From: Verrucomicrobiota bacterium
Lineage (GTDB): Bacteria; Verrucomicrobiota; Verrucomicrobiia; Opitutales; Opitutaceae
Direction: 5' to 3'
Length of the DNA stretch: 62,766 nucleotides
NCBI GenBank assembly: GCA_036166175.1
Contig: JAYZHU010000212.1
Location: 1-62,766, forward strand
Every line of letters begins with the position of its first letter. Position 1 is the stretch's first letter. The position numbers and the translations under genes are program-made. Under the pieces are notes generated by a model. The model saw nothing but the letters and a program-made list of their open reading frames with translations. It was not told the origin of the DNA and did no database searches. Below, one piece after another: positions 1 to 8,894 of this stretch.

Positions 1-30
1 CGGTCCCGCAAGGCGTGGGCCGCTCCTACA
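1..30 (-). repeat. GTAG-type REP-like palindrome (possibly truncated by window edge)
   Basis: Reverse complement reads TGTAGGAGCGGCCCACGCCTTGCGGGACCG: GTAG followed by an imperfect GC-rich hairpin; intergenic. Confidence 0.5.
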
Positions 31-59
31 ACCAGGTAGATAATTAGAAGGGCACTCAA

Positions 60-1406
60 ATGGCAGACAAATCATGGCATATGGATCGTAGAACATTTCT
101 GAAAGGAACTGGGGTGGCTCTGGGCTTGCCCTTCCTGGATTGCATGCGTACACCCGCCCGAGCTGGTCAAGTCGCTTCAGCAGCGTTTCCCAAGCGCATG
201 TGCGCGATTCACTTTCCCTACGGAGCCAGTGTGCCATCGGAAGATCATGAAGATCGCGATTGGGGATGGTTCCCAGTGCGGGAAGGCGACGGATTTCGAT
301 ATACGAAGGTGCTGAAGTCCTTCGATCTTCTCCGCAAACATACCACTGTGATCGGCGGGCTTTCTCATCCAACGGGACGCAAAATAGGTGGTCACGACAC
401 CGGTGATATCTTCCTCACCGGAGCCGATTTTAGCGGAGCTAATTTCAAGAACACCATTTCATTCGATCAAGTGGCGGCAGCGAAAATAGGGGATCAAACT
501 CGCTTCGCTTCCTTAGCTCTCTCCAGCGATGGCGGCATTGGCATGCCGACTCGGTCGAAAACGCTTTCCTTCACCGCATCCGGTCAGCCGATTCCGGGAC
601 TGGACAAGCCCCAATTGATTTTCGACCGGCTTTTTGGAGTTGATGGGGGCACCTTGGCCGAAAAGCGTCGCCGCCTGGAAACTGAATCAAGTTTGCTGGA
701 TAGGGTCATGGATCAATCGAAGTCGCTTCGCAATCGATTGGGCAAGAGCGACCAGGAAAAGTATGATGAGTACCTAACCTCGGTTCGCGACATCGAGCAA
801 CGTGTGGCCCGCAGCCAGGAGTGGCTGGACATTCCCAAGCCCGAAGTCGATCCGTCCGAGGTCAATCTAGAGGTTTCCCAGGAAGCCCCTCTGGAGTACA
901 TGGAGACCATGTACGATTTGATGTACTTGGCCTTTCGCACGGACTCGACCCGAATCATCACTTACATGCTGGGAGCCATGAATGGCAAAACATCGAATCA
1001 GTTCTCCAAAGCTTTAGGCTTGGGCACCCAGCACGAGTTGGCTCACGGAGCAGGCAAGCCCGGTGGATTTATCAGGCAGGGCAAATGGAATGTATGCCTG
1101 GCTGAGAACCTAGCTCGCTTCCTACAGAAAATGGCGGATACCCCTGAAGGGGACGGCAGCCTTCTGGACAATACAATGGTATTGATGGGAACGTCGAATA
1201 GCCGCACGCATAAAAATTACAACTACCCGTTGATTTTCGCTGGTGGCAATAATATGGGCTTCAAACACAACCAGTATCTGACTTACGAAAAAAATGGTGA
1301 AGACATGGCGATGTCCGATCTTCTTTTCACTATGCTAAACCGTATGGACATTACAGATACGGGTTTCTCGGACAGTACGGGCGATCTGTCGGAATTGTAC
1401 GTTTGA
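60..1406 (+). CDS. DUF1552 domain protein, Tat-exported
   Basis: 448 aa; N-terminal MDRRTFLKGTGVALGLPFL twin-arginine signal; family motifs ISFDQVAA..TRFASL, FDRLFG, YLTSVRDIEQR, LAFRTDSTR, GSLLDNT; paralogue of 59036-60397. Confidence 0.9.
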   Translation: MADKSWHMDRRTFLKGTGVALGLPFLDCMRTPARAGQVASAAFPKRMCAIHFPYGASVPSEDHEDRDWGWFPVREGDGFRYTKVLKSFDLLRKHTTVIGGLSHPTGRKIGGHDTGDIFLTGADFSGANFKNTISFDQVAAAKIGDQTRFASLALSSDGGIGMPTRSKTLSFTASGQPIPGLDKPQLIFDRLFGVDGGTLAEKRRRLETESSLLDRVMDQSKSLRNRLGKSDQEKYDEYLTSVRDIEQRVARSQEWLDIPKPEVDPSEVNLEVSQEAPLEYMETMYDLMYLAFRTDSTRIITYMLGAMNGKTSNQFSKALGLGTQHELAHGAGKPGGFIRQGKWNVCLAENLARFLQKMADTPEGDGSLLDNTMVLMGTSNSRTHKNYNYPLIFAGGNNMGFKHNQYLTYEKNGEDMAMSDLLFTMLNRMDITDTGFSDSTGDLSELYV

Positions 1407-1419
1407 GATTGGTTTTCAA

Positions 1420-1446
1420 GGTAGGGACGCCCGGCTCGGTCGTCCG
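1420..1446 (+). repeat. REP-like element, family C
   Basis: GGTAGGGACGCCCGGCTCGGTCGTCCG; GGACG/CGTCC stem; related to reverse strand of 18322-18352. Confidence 0.65.
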
Positions 1447-1463
1447 TATTTAGGATCCCGAGT

Positions 1464-1546
1464 GGTAGGGCCGACTTTCCTCAGTCAGCCGAAAAATAAT
1501 CGTTGGGAATTGGCACTACGGCTGTTTGAGGACGAACAGCCCTACC
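1464..1546. repeat. Inverted REP doublet (REPIN-like), family A
   Basis: GGTAGGGCCGACTTTCCTCAGTCAGCCG (1464-1491, +) and GGTAGGGCTGTTCGTCCTCAAACAGCCG (1546-1519, -). Confidence 0.75.
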
Positions 1547-1564
1547 ATAGCCGAAATCGATAAG

Positions 1565-1626
1565 GTAGAACAGGCATCCTGCCTGTTTGCAGAAGAATAG
1601 TTTAACAGGCTGGAAGCTCGTGCTAC
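1565..1626. repeat. Inverted REP doublet (REPIN-like), family B
   Basis: GTAGAACAGGCATCCTGCCTGT (1565-1586, +) and GTAGCACGAGCTTCCAGCCTGT (1626-1605, -); same unit recurs at 4265-4314 and 5548-5608. Confidence 0.8.
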
Positions 1627-1632
1627 TGTTCT

Positions 1633-2826
1633 TTACAGCTGCGCTTGAGAAACGACGCTTTTCAGCTGATTCTTCAGGTCCACGCCAGCGTCGTAGATCA
1701 TTTGCTCATTGGACGGGAAGGGGGCATAGGTTAGCCCGACCAGTCTTCTATAGTGGTCGTCTAGGGCCCTCGAGTCACCCGAATGAGTACAGTAGCTGTG
1801 ACTAAAAACGAATTCGCTGGTGAGTGGGTAGCTATTGAGGAGTTCATTGCGCTGGAATGGCAAGTAGTCCACTTTGGCATCCAATCGAACGGATTTGATT
1901 TGATTGAACTCTAATACCCTCGATCGGACAGTGATGTAGCGGTCCGACCGGATGTCATTGCCATTCTCGTCTTTAAGGACATTTCCGTTTTCATCCAACT
2001 CGTAGTGATAGCCGTCCTTGATGCGCTTCTCCCTGATAACCTCTTTTTCTCGAATGCGTTCAGGGCTAATGGAAATGCCGCGAATAGAGATCCGCATTTC
2101 ATAGTCGTAAAGGATATCATTGGATGGTTCGCGATGATGCGAGGTCCACAAGGTATCGAATTGATTGGATTCGAAACTCAATAGGTCCTCTTCTAGCTTC
2201 GCGGGTAGAGCGATCTCCGACTCATTGTACAGGGACACCAGCACAAAGTCTTTGCCTTTCATGTGAGCTTCTCTAACGAGCGCTTCGGCATCACGGTATC
2301 CAGGATTCAGTTGCAACAAGTATTCTAGGTTTTCGTAGGCGATGCGGGCGTCCGCTTTGCTCGGTAGAGCTAAACGCTCGCGCGCCTGATCATAAAGGTG
2401 GATCGAGAAGCGTTCTTTTGCTTCTACGATCTCGAGGTTGTAGTTTCGGAAGGGCAATTCCACATAGCGATTCTCGCGTTTGATGTAGACAGGATGTATA
2501 GGCCGAATCCGCTCCTGTCTTTGCTGCAAACCTTCGTACAAAAAGAAGATTTCCTCTATGGCTTTTCCGTGATTCTCAAGCTGCCAGCGTTCGATGGCAC
2601 GGAGATCGCGATCAACCGCCTTGGCAAAGGCTTCTTCAAGAATCCATGCGTACTCGTCAGTCTTCTTGTTGGAGCGATTTCGCTTTAGCCCTTCGAGAGC
2701 CCGATTGATGGCATAATCGTAGTTGCCGGAATCGACCTCGATCTGGGTTTCCCTGATTGAACTGCAACTGCTCAAAAGGAAGCCAAGTAGAATTGTGGTT
2801 ACGATTTTTGCTCGGGCGATATTCAT
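1633..2826 (-). CDS. Hypothetical lipoprotein with TPR-like helical N-half (resembles a conserved Flavobacteriaceae protein)
   Basis: 397 aa ORF; lipobox LLSSC after a hydrophobic stretch; motifs LEEAFAKA..RDL, KGKDFV, ISPERIREKE, PFPSNEQMIYDAG. Confidence 0.8.
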   Translation of the reverse strand: MNIARAKIVTTILLGFLLSSCSSIRETQIEVDSGNYDYAINRALEGLKRNRSNKKTDEYAWILEEAFAKAVDRDLRAIERWQLENHGKAIEEIFFLYEGLQQRQERIRPIHPVYIKRENRYVELPFRNYNLEIVEAKERFSIHLYDQARERLALPSKADARIAYENLEYLLQLNPGYRDAEALVREAHMKGKDFVLVSLYNESEIALPAKLEEDLLSFESNQFDTLWTSHHREPSNDILYDYEMRISIRGISISPERIREKEVIREKRIKDGYHYELDENGNVLKDENGNDIRSDRYITVRSRVLEFNQIKSVRLDAKVDYLPFQRNELLNSYPLTSEFVFSHSYCTHSGDSRALDDHYRRLVGLTYAPFPSNEQMIYDAGVDLKNQLKSVVSQAQL

Positions 2827-3057
2827 GATGGGAAGGGTCTTTTCTACTCCCTATATCGGAGAGAAGCTTGGTTCGTTTATCGTACGTTCGAGTGTAAGAC
2901 GTGGAAGCTCGTCCCTTTATGCGCAAATTTTGCCCATATTCTTTCTGAGAAAAGATATTGTAGATTCATAAGTATCTGAAAAATAGTAGCTTGAGTTCAC
3001 GCTTGTCCTGGAATCGTGAATCCGCCAAGGTTGAACGGGCTAGAAGCAATTAGACCA

Positions 3058-4254
3058 ATGCCTCAGATTTCAAAGCTCCTCGTTGCCGCCGTTTTCGCCT
3101 GTTTTCTCGGAATGGCTTTCGCTGACTCTCCTATCGTCCTTAACGGGGCGATCGACAAAGAACAGTTGCGGCAAGGCCATCACTGGACTCCTGACGAGGC
3201 CAACTTAAAGATGAAAGAGTACGCTTCGACGTGGCGGGACAAGAATTCTTGGGAAAAGCGGGCCTCAGCGATTCGGGAAGGCATTCTGAATGGCCTTTTC
3301 TGGGATCGAATGCCGGATATTAAAGGAGATTTCGACCCAATCATCCACAGTCGCCGTAAGATGGATGGCTACTTTGTCGAGAATATCGCTATCAAAAGTT
3401 TCCCTGGATTCTACATAACGGGAAATTTGTATTCGCCAGCCAATCCATCGGAGAAGAATCCGGCTATCTTGTCTCCGCATGGACACGCGGCCAACAAGCG
3501 ATTGACCGAAGACGTGCAGAAGCGCTGCGCTAGCTTCGCCCGTATGGGCGCCATCGCTTTCGCCTATGATATGGTGGGCTATGCGGAATCGACGCAAACA
3601 ACTCACAAGATGCCGATTGCGGCCCTGCTACAGACCTGGAACAGCCGGCGCGTTCTCGAATATCTATTATCGCGTCCCGATGTGGATTCGGAACGGATCG
3701 GCATGACAGGCGGCTCCGGAGGCGGCACCCAAACTTTCGTCCTAACGGCTATCGATGACCGCGTAAAGGTATCCGCTCCGGTCGTACAAGTTTCCGCCCA
3801 TTTTTTTGGAGGCTGCGTTTGCGAGAGCGGGATGCCCATTCACGAGAGTAAGCAGCATCAAACCAATAATGTCGAACTCGCCGCCATGGCCGCGCCTCGT
3901 CCTTTGCTGCTGGTTTCGAACGGCGCCGATTGGACCCGGAACACGCCACGGATTGAATATCCCTATGTTCGCAGCGTTTACGCATTGTACGACGCTGAAC
4001 ACAAAGCCGAGCATGTGCACCTTTTCGGAGAAGGACACGATTACGGGTATTCAAAGCGATCAGCAGTGTACCCGTTTTTCGCCCATCATTTAGAGCTGAG
4101 TTACAAGCGGATTCCTTATAACAATGGATTCGACGAGAGCTTCGTCACTGTGCTCCCGCCAGAAGAGCTTTATGTATTCAATGATAAGCATCCTCGGCCC
4201 GCTAACGCGCTGCAAGGAGACAAAGCCGTGATGGCGGCTCTGGGGTTCGAGTAG
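3058..4254 (+). CDS. Secreted alpha/beta hydrolase, acetylxylan-esterase-like
   Basis: Signal peptide from ATG 3058 (ORF track starts 3016); nucleophile elbow GMTGGSGGG; PHGH, GGCVCESG, APRPLLLVS, GHDYG (catalytic His). Confidence 0.85.
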   Translation: MPQISKLLVAAVFACFLGMAFADSPIVLNGAIDKEQLRQGHHWTPDEANLKMKEYASTWRDKNSWEKRASAIREGILNGLFWDRMPDIKGDFDPIIHSRRKMDGYFVENIAIKSFPGFYITGNLYSPANPSEKNPAILSPHGHAANKRLTEDVQKRCASFARMGAIAFAYDMVGYAESTQTTHKMPIAALLQTWNSRRVLEYLLSRPDVDSERIGMTGGSGGGTQTFVLTAIDDRVKVSAPVVQVSAHFFGGCVCESGMPIHESKQHQTNNVELAAMAAPRPLLLVSNGADWTRNTPRIEYPYVRSVYALYDAEHKAEHVHLFGEGHDYGYSKRSAVYPFFAHHLELSYKRIPYNNGFDESFVTVLPPEELYVFNDKHPRPANALQGDKAVMAALGFE

Positions 4255-4264
4255 GGTATATAGG

Positions 4265-4314
4265 GTAGCGCAGGCTTCTAGCCTGTGTACAAACAGGCAG
4301 GATGCCTATTCTAC
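4265..4314. repeat. Inverted REP doublet, family B
   Basis: GTAGCGCAGGCTTCTAGCCTGT (+) and GTAGAATAGGCATCCTGCCTGT (-). Confidence 0.8.
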
Positions 4315-4326
4315 TTTTCGCGGGCG

Positions 4327-4403
4327 AGGCAGGATGCCTGTCCCCAGTCAGCCGTTTTGGGAATGCTCCATCATATCGGCTGACTGGGACAGTCAGCGCT
4401 ACC
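4327..4403. repeat. Inverted REP doublet, family A, with chimeric B/A left unit
   Basis: AGGCAGGATGCCTGTCCCCAGTCAGCCG (4327-4354) and GGTAGCGCTGACTGTCCCAGTCAGCCG (4403-4377, -). Confidence 0.7.
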
Positions 4404-4549
4404 ATCCAATAGGTGGGTATCGAATTATTCGACACTAGCTCGGTTTAGGCTCGACGGACAAGCTATACGGGTTGCCTGTTTTTGCGAGCCAAAGCGCCGC
4501 ACTACCCACGATTGACATTGATAGGATCGATTATTGACTCTAGAGAGGT

Positions 4550-5506
4550 ATGATTCGCAGATTGTCGATTTTCCTTTCTTTATTCTCGTTTCTTTCGGGG
4601 ACCGCATTGACTGCCGACTTAGTGACTATCGAAAACAATTGGCTCCGAGTTTCCATAGATCCCTATGGGGCTGAATTGCAGAGTATACGTCATAAAAATA
4701 CAGAAACGGAATATCTCTGGCAGGGCGATCCAGAGCATTGGGCGAATCGCTCTCCGGTGATGTTTCCGGTTAACGTTCGATTCAAGGACGAGCGTTTTTC
4801 GTACAGAGGAAAAACTTACGAGATGCCGCGTATGGGACTGGCGATGATTTCCGATTTTGAGACCTTCCCATCCGAGGATGGGGAAGCCGTTACCCTGAGT
4901 TTGCGAGCCAATGAAATGACGCGGCAGTACTATCCGTTCGAGTTCGTTTTCGACGCTACCTATCGCTTGGAGAGCAATCGATTGGTCAATGAATACCGGG
5001 TATCCAATAACGGTTCGGAGACCATGTATTTCGCGTTGGGCGGCCATCCGGGTTTTCGAACACCTCTAGATAACGGACGGGCACGGTCAGACTATGAAAT
5101 TTCCTTCTCCAAACGGCTGGAACGAGATCGAGCTGAGATCAAAGAAAGTCTGATTCAAACAACCAGAGTCCCGTTTCTAGAAAACGAACGAAAATTCACC
5201 TTGGACGATCCGCGGATTCCCAGCGGCGGGATGTTCCAGAAGGACATGCCCGCTCGTAAAATCGGGGTTGGTCTAGCGGGAATGCTGCCCTATGTAACGG
5301 TCGATCTAGGCGACTTCCCGAATGTAAATATCTTCACGCCTCCAGGAAAACCCTTCGTTTGCATCGAACCCATGGTAGCCCATCACGACATCCAGGAGTC
5401 GCCATTGGCTATCGAAGAGAAGCCGTTTCTGATTTCCTTGGAACCTGGAGAAGCCAAGACTTACGCCTTCACGATCATCGTAACGCATAATGGCGATCTG
5501 GATTAA
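4550..5506 (+). CDS. Aldose 1-epimerase family protein (LacX-like) with signal peptide
   Basis: GAELQSI..EYLWQGDPEHW..RSPVMFP, YPFEF, MYFALGGHPGF, PFVCIEP; hydrophobic N-terminus. Confidence 0.88.
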   Translation: MIRRLSIFLSLFSFLSGTALTADLVTIENNWLRVSIDPYGAELQSIRHKNTETEYLWQGDPEHWANRSPVMFPVNVRFKDERFSYRGKTYEMPRMGLAMISDFETFPSEDGEAVTLSLRANEMTRQYYPFEFVFDATYRLESNRLVNEYRVSNNGSETMYFALGGHPGFRTPLDNGRARSDYEISFSKRLERDRAEIKESLIQTTRVPFLENERKFTLDDPRIPSGGMFQKDMPARKIGVGLAGMLPYVTVDLGDFPNVNIFTPPGKPFVCIEPMVAHHDIQESPLAIEEKPFLISLEPGEAKTYAFTIIVTHNGDLD

Positions 5507-5547
5507 GGAGCCGTGTTCGGCTGATTCTGGTAAGGAGAACGAAAGGA

Positions 5548-5608
5548 GTAGAACAGGCCTCTAGCCTGTTATCTCAACTTCTGGACACAGGCTGGATGCC
5601 TGTGCTAC
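5548..5608. repeat. Inverted REP doublet, family B
   Basis: GTAGAACAGGCCTCTAGCCTGT (+) and GTAGCACAGGCATCCAGCCTGT (-). Confidence 0.8.
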
Positions 5609-5720
5609 TCTTTCTACCATTGGTGATAGCCCACACCTTAACCCCAAGTCAAAGCCTGTGCTTGCCTGAGCTTCGAGGATAGCCGATACAGTAGGCCAGC
5701 GAATTTCGCCTGTCTCAATA

Positions 5721-7229
5721 ATGGTCGCCTCCTCAGATAAAACTAGTCCGCCCCTTCTGGAAATGAAGGAGATCGTTAAGACTTTTCCAGGGGTAAAAGC
5801 TCTCAAAGGCGTTTCGCTGACGCTTAACAAAGGTGAAGTCCTCGCTTTGGTCGGCGAAAACGGAGCCGGAAAAAGCACGCTCATAAAGGCGTTGGGCGGA
5901 GTCCATCTCCCAGATTCGGGTGAGATTATTATTGATGGACAGCCGGTAACGCTGAGCTCGCCGCATGTGTCTCAACTAGAAGGAATAGCGATCATATTTC
6001 AGGAGTTCAATTTGGCGCCTAAGTTGAGCGCTCGGGAGAATCTTTTTTTGGGAAAAGAGATCGTTAGTCGCGGTTTCATCGACCATCGCGCAGAGCGGTC
6101 CAGGGCCAGGGAGCTGTTTCAGCAATTAGGGATGTCGATCGACCCAGAGGCTCGATGCGAAGATCTAACCGTGGCTGAACAACAAACGGTAGAAATCGCC
6201 AGGGCCCTGGCGTCAGAGGCCCGAATCATCGTCATGGACGAGCCTACAGCCGCGTTAAGCCAGCAAGAGGTGGAGAAGCTCCTATCGATTATCCGACGGC
6301 TGAGAGAGCAAGGGATTTCCATCATCTACATTAGCCATCGGCTAGAGGAAATCTATGAGGTTGCGGACCGGGTAACAGTCCTTCGAGACGGGGAAACGGT
6401 CGGCGAAGCGCCCGTGGTAGACGTATCCAAATCGCAATTGATCGAATGGATGGTGGGCCGTCCCCTCGAAGAAGAATTTCCCAAGCGTCGATACCAGCCC
6501 GGCCCGGTAAGGCTAAGATTGGAGAATCTCAAAGGTGGATCGGCAGTTCGCGGGGTCAATTTTGAACTCAGGAAGGGAGAAGTATTAGGAATTTCAGGAC
6601 TCGTTGGGTCTGGCAGGACGGAGATGGCCCGCCGCATCTTTGGAGCGGATCCGATGGATTCAGGAAGCATTGTTATAGATGGGGAAAAGCGATCGATACG
6701 CCAGCCTCGGGATGCAATACGAAATGGGATATGCTTGCTCACCGAGGACCGAAAGGAACAAGGGCTCATTTTGATTCATTCGGCCCAGGAGAATTTTGGG
6801 CTACCTAATTTGAAGAGCTTCAAAAAAGGAGCTTTTATCGACGGAAAGGCGGAAAGCCGGGCTTTCGAAGAGAAACGGAAAAGTTTGAAAATCAAGGTTT
6901 CTTCGGGATCTCAAAAAGCTGGAAAATTGTCGGGGGGCAATCAGCAGAAAGTTGTCCTGGCAAAATGGTTACAGGGTCAGGCGGATATTTTTATTTTCGA
7001 TGAGCCAACCAGAGGAATCGATGTTGGGGCCAAGTACGAAATCTACTTGCTGATAAACGAGTTGGTAGCCCGAGGGAAATCAATCTTGCTCATTAGCAGC
7101 GAGTTGCCAGAGGTGATCGGTATGAGCGACAGAATTTTGGTCATGAAAGAGGGCAAAATCATGGGCGAGATCGAAGATGCTCAATCAACTTCTCAAGAAG
7201 CGGTTCTCGCTCTCGCGTTAAAGGAATGA
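5721..7229 (+). CDS. Monosaccharide ABC transporter ATP-binding protein (RbsA/MglA type, two NBDs)
   Basis: Walker A GENGAGKST; MDEPT; YISHRLEE; second domain GLVGSGRTE, TEDRK, LSGGNQQK, FDEPTRGIDVGAK. Confidence 0.95.
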   Translation: MVASSDKTSPPLLEMKEIVKTFPGVKALKGVSLTLNKGEVLALVGENGAGKSTLIKALGGVHLPDSGEIIIDGQPVTLSSPHVSQLEGIAIIFQEFNLAPKLSARENLFLGKEIVSRGFIDHRAERSRARELFQQLGMSIDPEARCEDLTVAEQQTVEIARALASEARIIVMDEPTAALSQQEVEKLLSIIRRLREQGISIIYISHRLEEIYEVADRVTVLRDGETVGEAPVVDVSKSQLIEWMVGRPLEEEFPKRRYQPGPVRLRLENLKGGSAVRGVNFELRKGEVLGISGLVGSGRTEMARRIFGADPMDSGSIVIDGEKRSIRQPRDAIRNGICLLTEDRKEQGLILIHSAQENFGLPNLKSFKKGAFIDGKAESRAFEEKRKSLKIKVSSGSQKAGKLSGGNQQKVVLAKWLQGQADIFIFDEPTRGIDVGAKYEIYLLINELVARGKSILLISSELPEVIGMSDRILVMKEGKIMGEIEDAQSTSQEAVLALALKE

Positions 7230-8593
7230 GTCAAAGCGAACAAGCGACAGGCTTCCCCAAGTTTAGTTTGGGTGATTACGGAATGGTCGTGGCCTTGCTG
7301 GCCCTGTGTCTCTTATTCAGCCTGCTAACCTTTAAGCGCCAGCCCGGTTCCGGCTCTGAAGCGGAAGCGGAGATGGTAGGCAGCGTACTCAATCAGATCT
7401 CCAAAAGTGATTTTGCGTTGATCGTCGGGGCTGCCAATACGGAATCTGAAAACTTAGCCCGAAATGTCTACCAACAGGTTGTGGACTCAAGTCGCGACAA
7501 AGTTCGCCTAATCATCGGCACGCCGCGAGATCTGCGCTTGGCCTTGGACGAATTGAGCGACAACGGAGATTCATTGGGTGGCATTGTAGCCAGCGGGGAT
7601 GTGGTAAAGTGGCGCGTTATTGAACAGATGCCCGAGAACTTCCCTCAGTTCTCGAATTACGAGCTGGCGGTGCCTTCGGAGCGTTTGTGGCCCGACTTTC
7701 TCAAGGCCTCTAATCTACTGGCCATCGTAGAGCGCATCGTGGTCATCGCCATCATCGCCATCGGCATGACCATGGTCATTATCACCGCCGGGATCGATTT
7801 ATCGGTAGGTAGCTTGATTGCCCTTTCAGCGGTATTGAGCGCAACCGTTGTAAAGAAATTCGGCGGAGCGGATGCCCCAAGTTGGTCAGTAGGAGTCGGG
7901 TTTCTGGTCGGCATATTGAGCTGCGGCCTGATTGGTCTATTCGCCGGTTCACTTGTGCATCGGTTCAAAGTGGCGGCATTTATTGTAACCCTAGGCATTA
8001 TGATGATGGCCCGCGGACTAGCGTTTATAACAACTGGAGGATTCTCGATCGACCAGGTCCCAAATTCTTTCGTCTGGCTGGCTCAAGGTTCCATCCTGGG
8101 AATTCCCAATACCATTCTGCTTCTGGTCCTGATTTATGGGTCGGCTCATGTTTTCATGGCACACACGAGATATGGCCGTTACATTTATGCTGTTGGTGGC
8201 AATGCAGAAGCGGCCCGCTTGACCGGAGTCCCAGTGGGCGCCGTGATACTGCTTGTCTACACGATAAGCGGGCTATCGGCGGGGCTGGGTGGATGCCTAC
8301 AGGCTTCCTTGGTCCGAGCGGCCTCTCCCAACATGGCCAATATGTACGAGCTATACGTGATCGCCGCCGTCGTCGTAGGGGGAACGAGCCTTTCTGGAGG
8401 TTCTGGCCGCGTTTTTGGCACGCTGATTGGAGCTTTCATTATTGCTGTAATTCAAAATGGGATGAATTTGATTGGGATCCAAAGCTACACCCAAATGTTT
8501 ACCCTGGGTGGCGTAATCGTGCTAGCGGTGCTTCTCGACAAAGCCCGGCAGAGCGGGGGAATTCGGAAGTTGCTGGCGGGGCGTTGGAACTGA
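7226..8593 (+). CDS. Monosaccharide ABC transporter permease (RbsC type) with inserted extracytoplasmic domain
   Basis: GMTMVIITAGIDLSVGS, GRYIYAVGGNAEAARLTG, YELYVIAAVVVGGTSLSGGSG; ATGA overlap with the ATPase gene. Confidence 0.93.
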   Translation: MSQSEQATGFPKFSLGDYGMVVALLALCLLFSLLTFKRQPGSGSEAEAEMVGSVLNQISKSDFALIVGAANTESENLARNVYQQVVDSSRDKVRLIIGTPRDLRLALDELSDNGDSLGGIVASGDVVKWRVIEQMPENFPQFSNYELAVPSERLWPDFLKASNLLAIVERIVVIAIIAIGMTMVIITAGIDLSVGSLIALSAVLSATVVKKFGGADAPSWSVGVGFLVGILSCGLIGLFAGSLVHRFKVAAFIVTLGIMMMARGLAFITTGGFSIDQVPNSFVWLAQGSILGIPNTILLLVLIYGSAHVFMAHTRYGRYIYAVGGNAEAARLTGVPVGAVILLVYTISGLSAGLGGCLQASLVRAASPNMANMYELYVIAAVVVGGTSLSGGSGRVFGTLIGAFIIAVIQNGMNLIGIQSYTQMFTLGGVIVLAVLLDKARQSGGIRKLLAGRWN

Positions 8594-8660
8594 CTGCCTG
8601 TCGCCTGGGCAGCCTTTACAGAGGTGGATCTGTATTCTGGCTTACGCGGCAGTTAGTCGT

Positions 8661-8687
8661 GGCTGCTTGGGGACAAGCAGCCCTACC
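8661..8687 (-). repeat. REP-like element, family A
   Basis: Reverse complement GGTAGGGCTGCTTGTCCCCAAGCAGCC. Confidence 0.75.
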
Positions 8688-8714
8688 CCCATGAGCCTCC
8701 TCCATTAATGGAAC

Positions 8715-8792
8715 GGGAGGAAGTTCGACTTGCGAGCGATAATCACTGTTAAGTAAACTCTCGTCAATTCGCTCGCAAGCGAGCTTCCTACA
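8715..8792. repeat. Inverted REP doublet, family D
   Basis: GGGAGGAAGTTCGACTTGCGAGCGA (+) and TGTAGGAAGCTCGCTTGCGAGCGA (-). Confidence 0.65.
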
Positions 8793-8894
8793 ATGACTAC
8801 GACTTAATGTGATGCATCAACCCGTTTCCCGCTGGACTAGTTTGGACTCAATAAGCGCTTGCCAGAGTGGTGCAGTGGACGTCAGTTTCTTACT

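Noticed and set aside
1420-1626. Clustered short repeats as a possible CRISPR array
   Set aside because: Units are inverted, belong to different families and lack regular spacers; no cas genes
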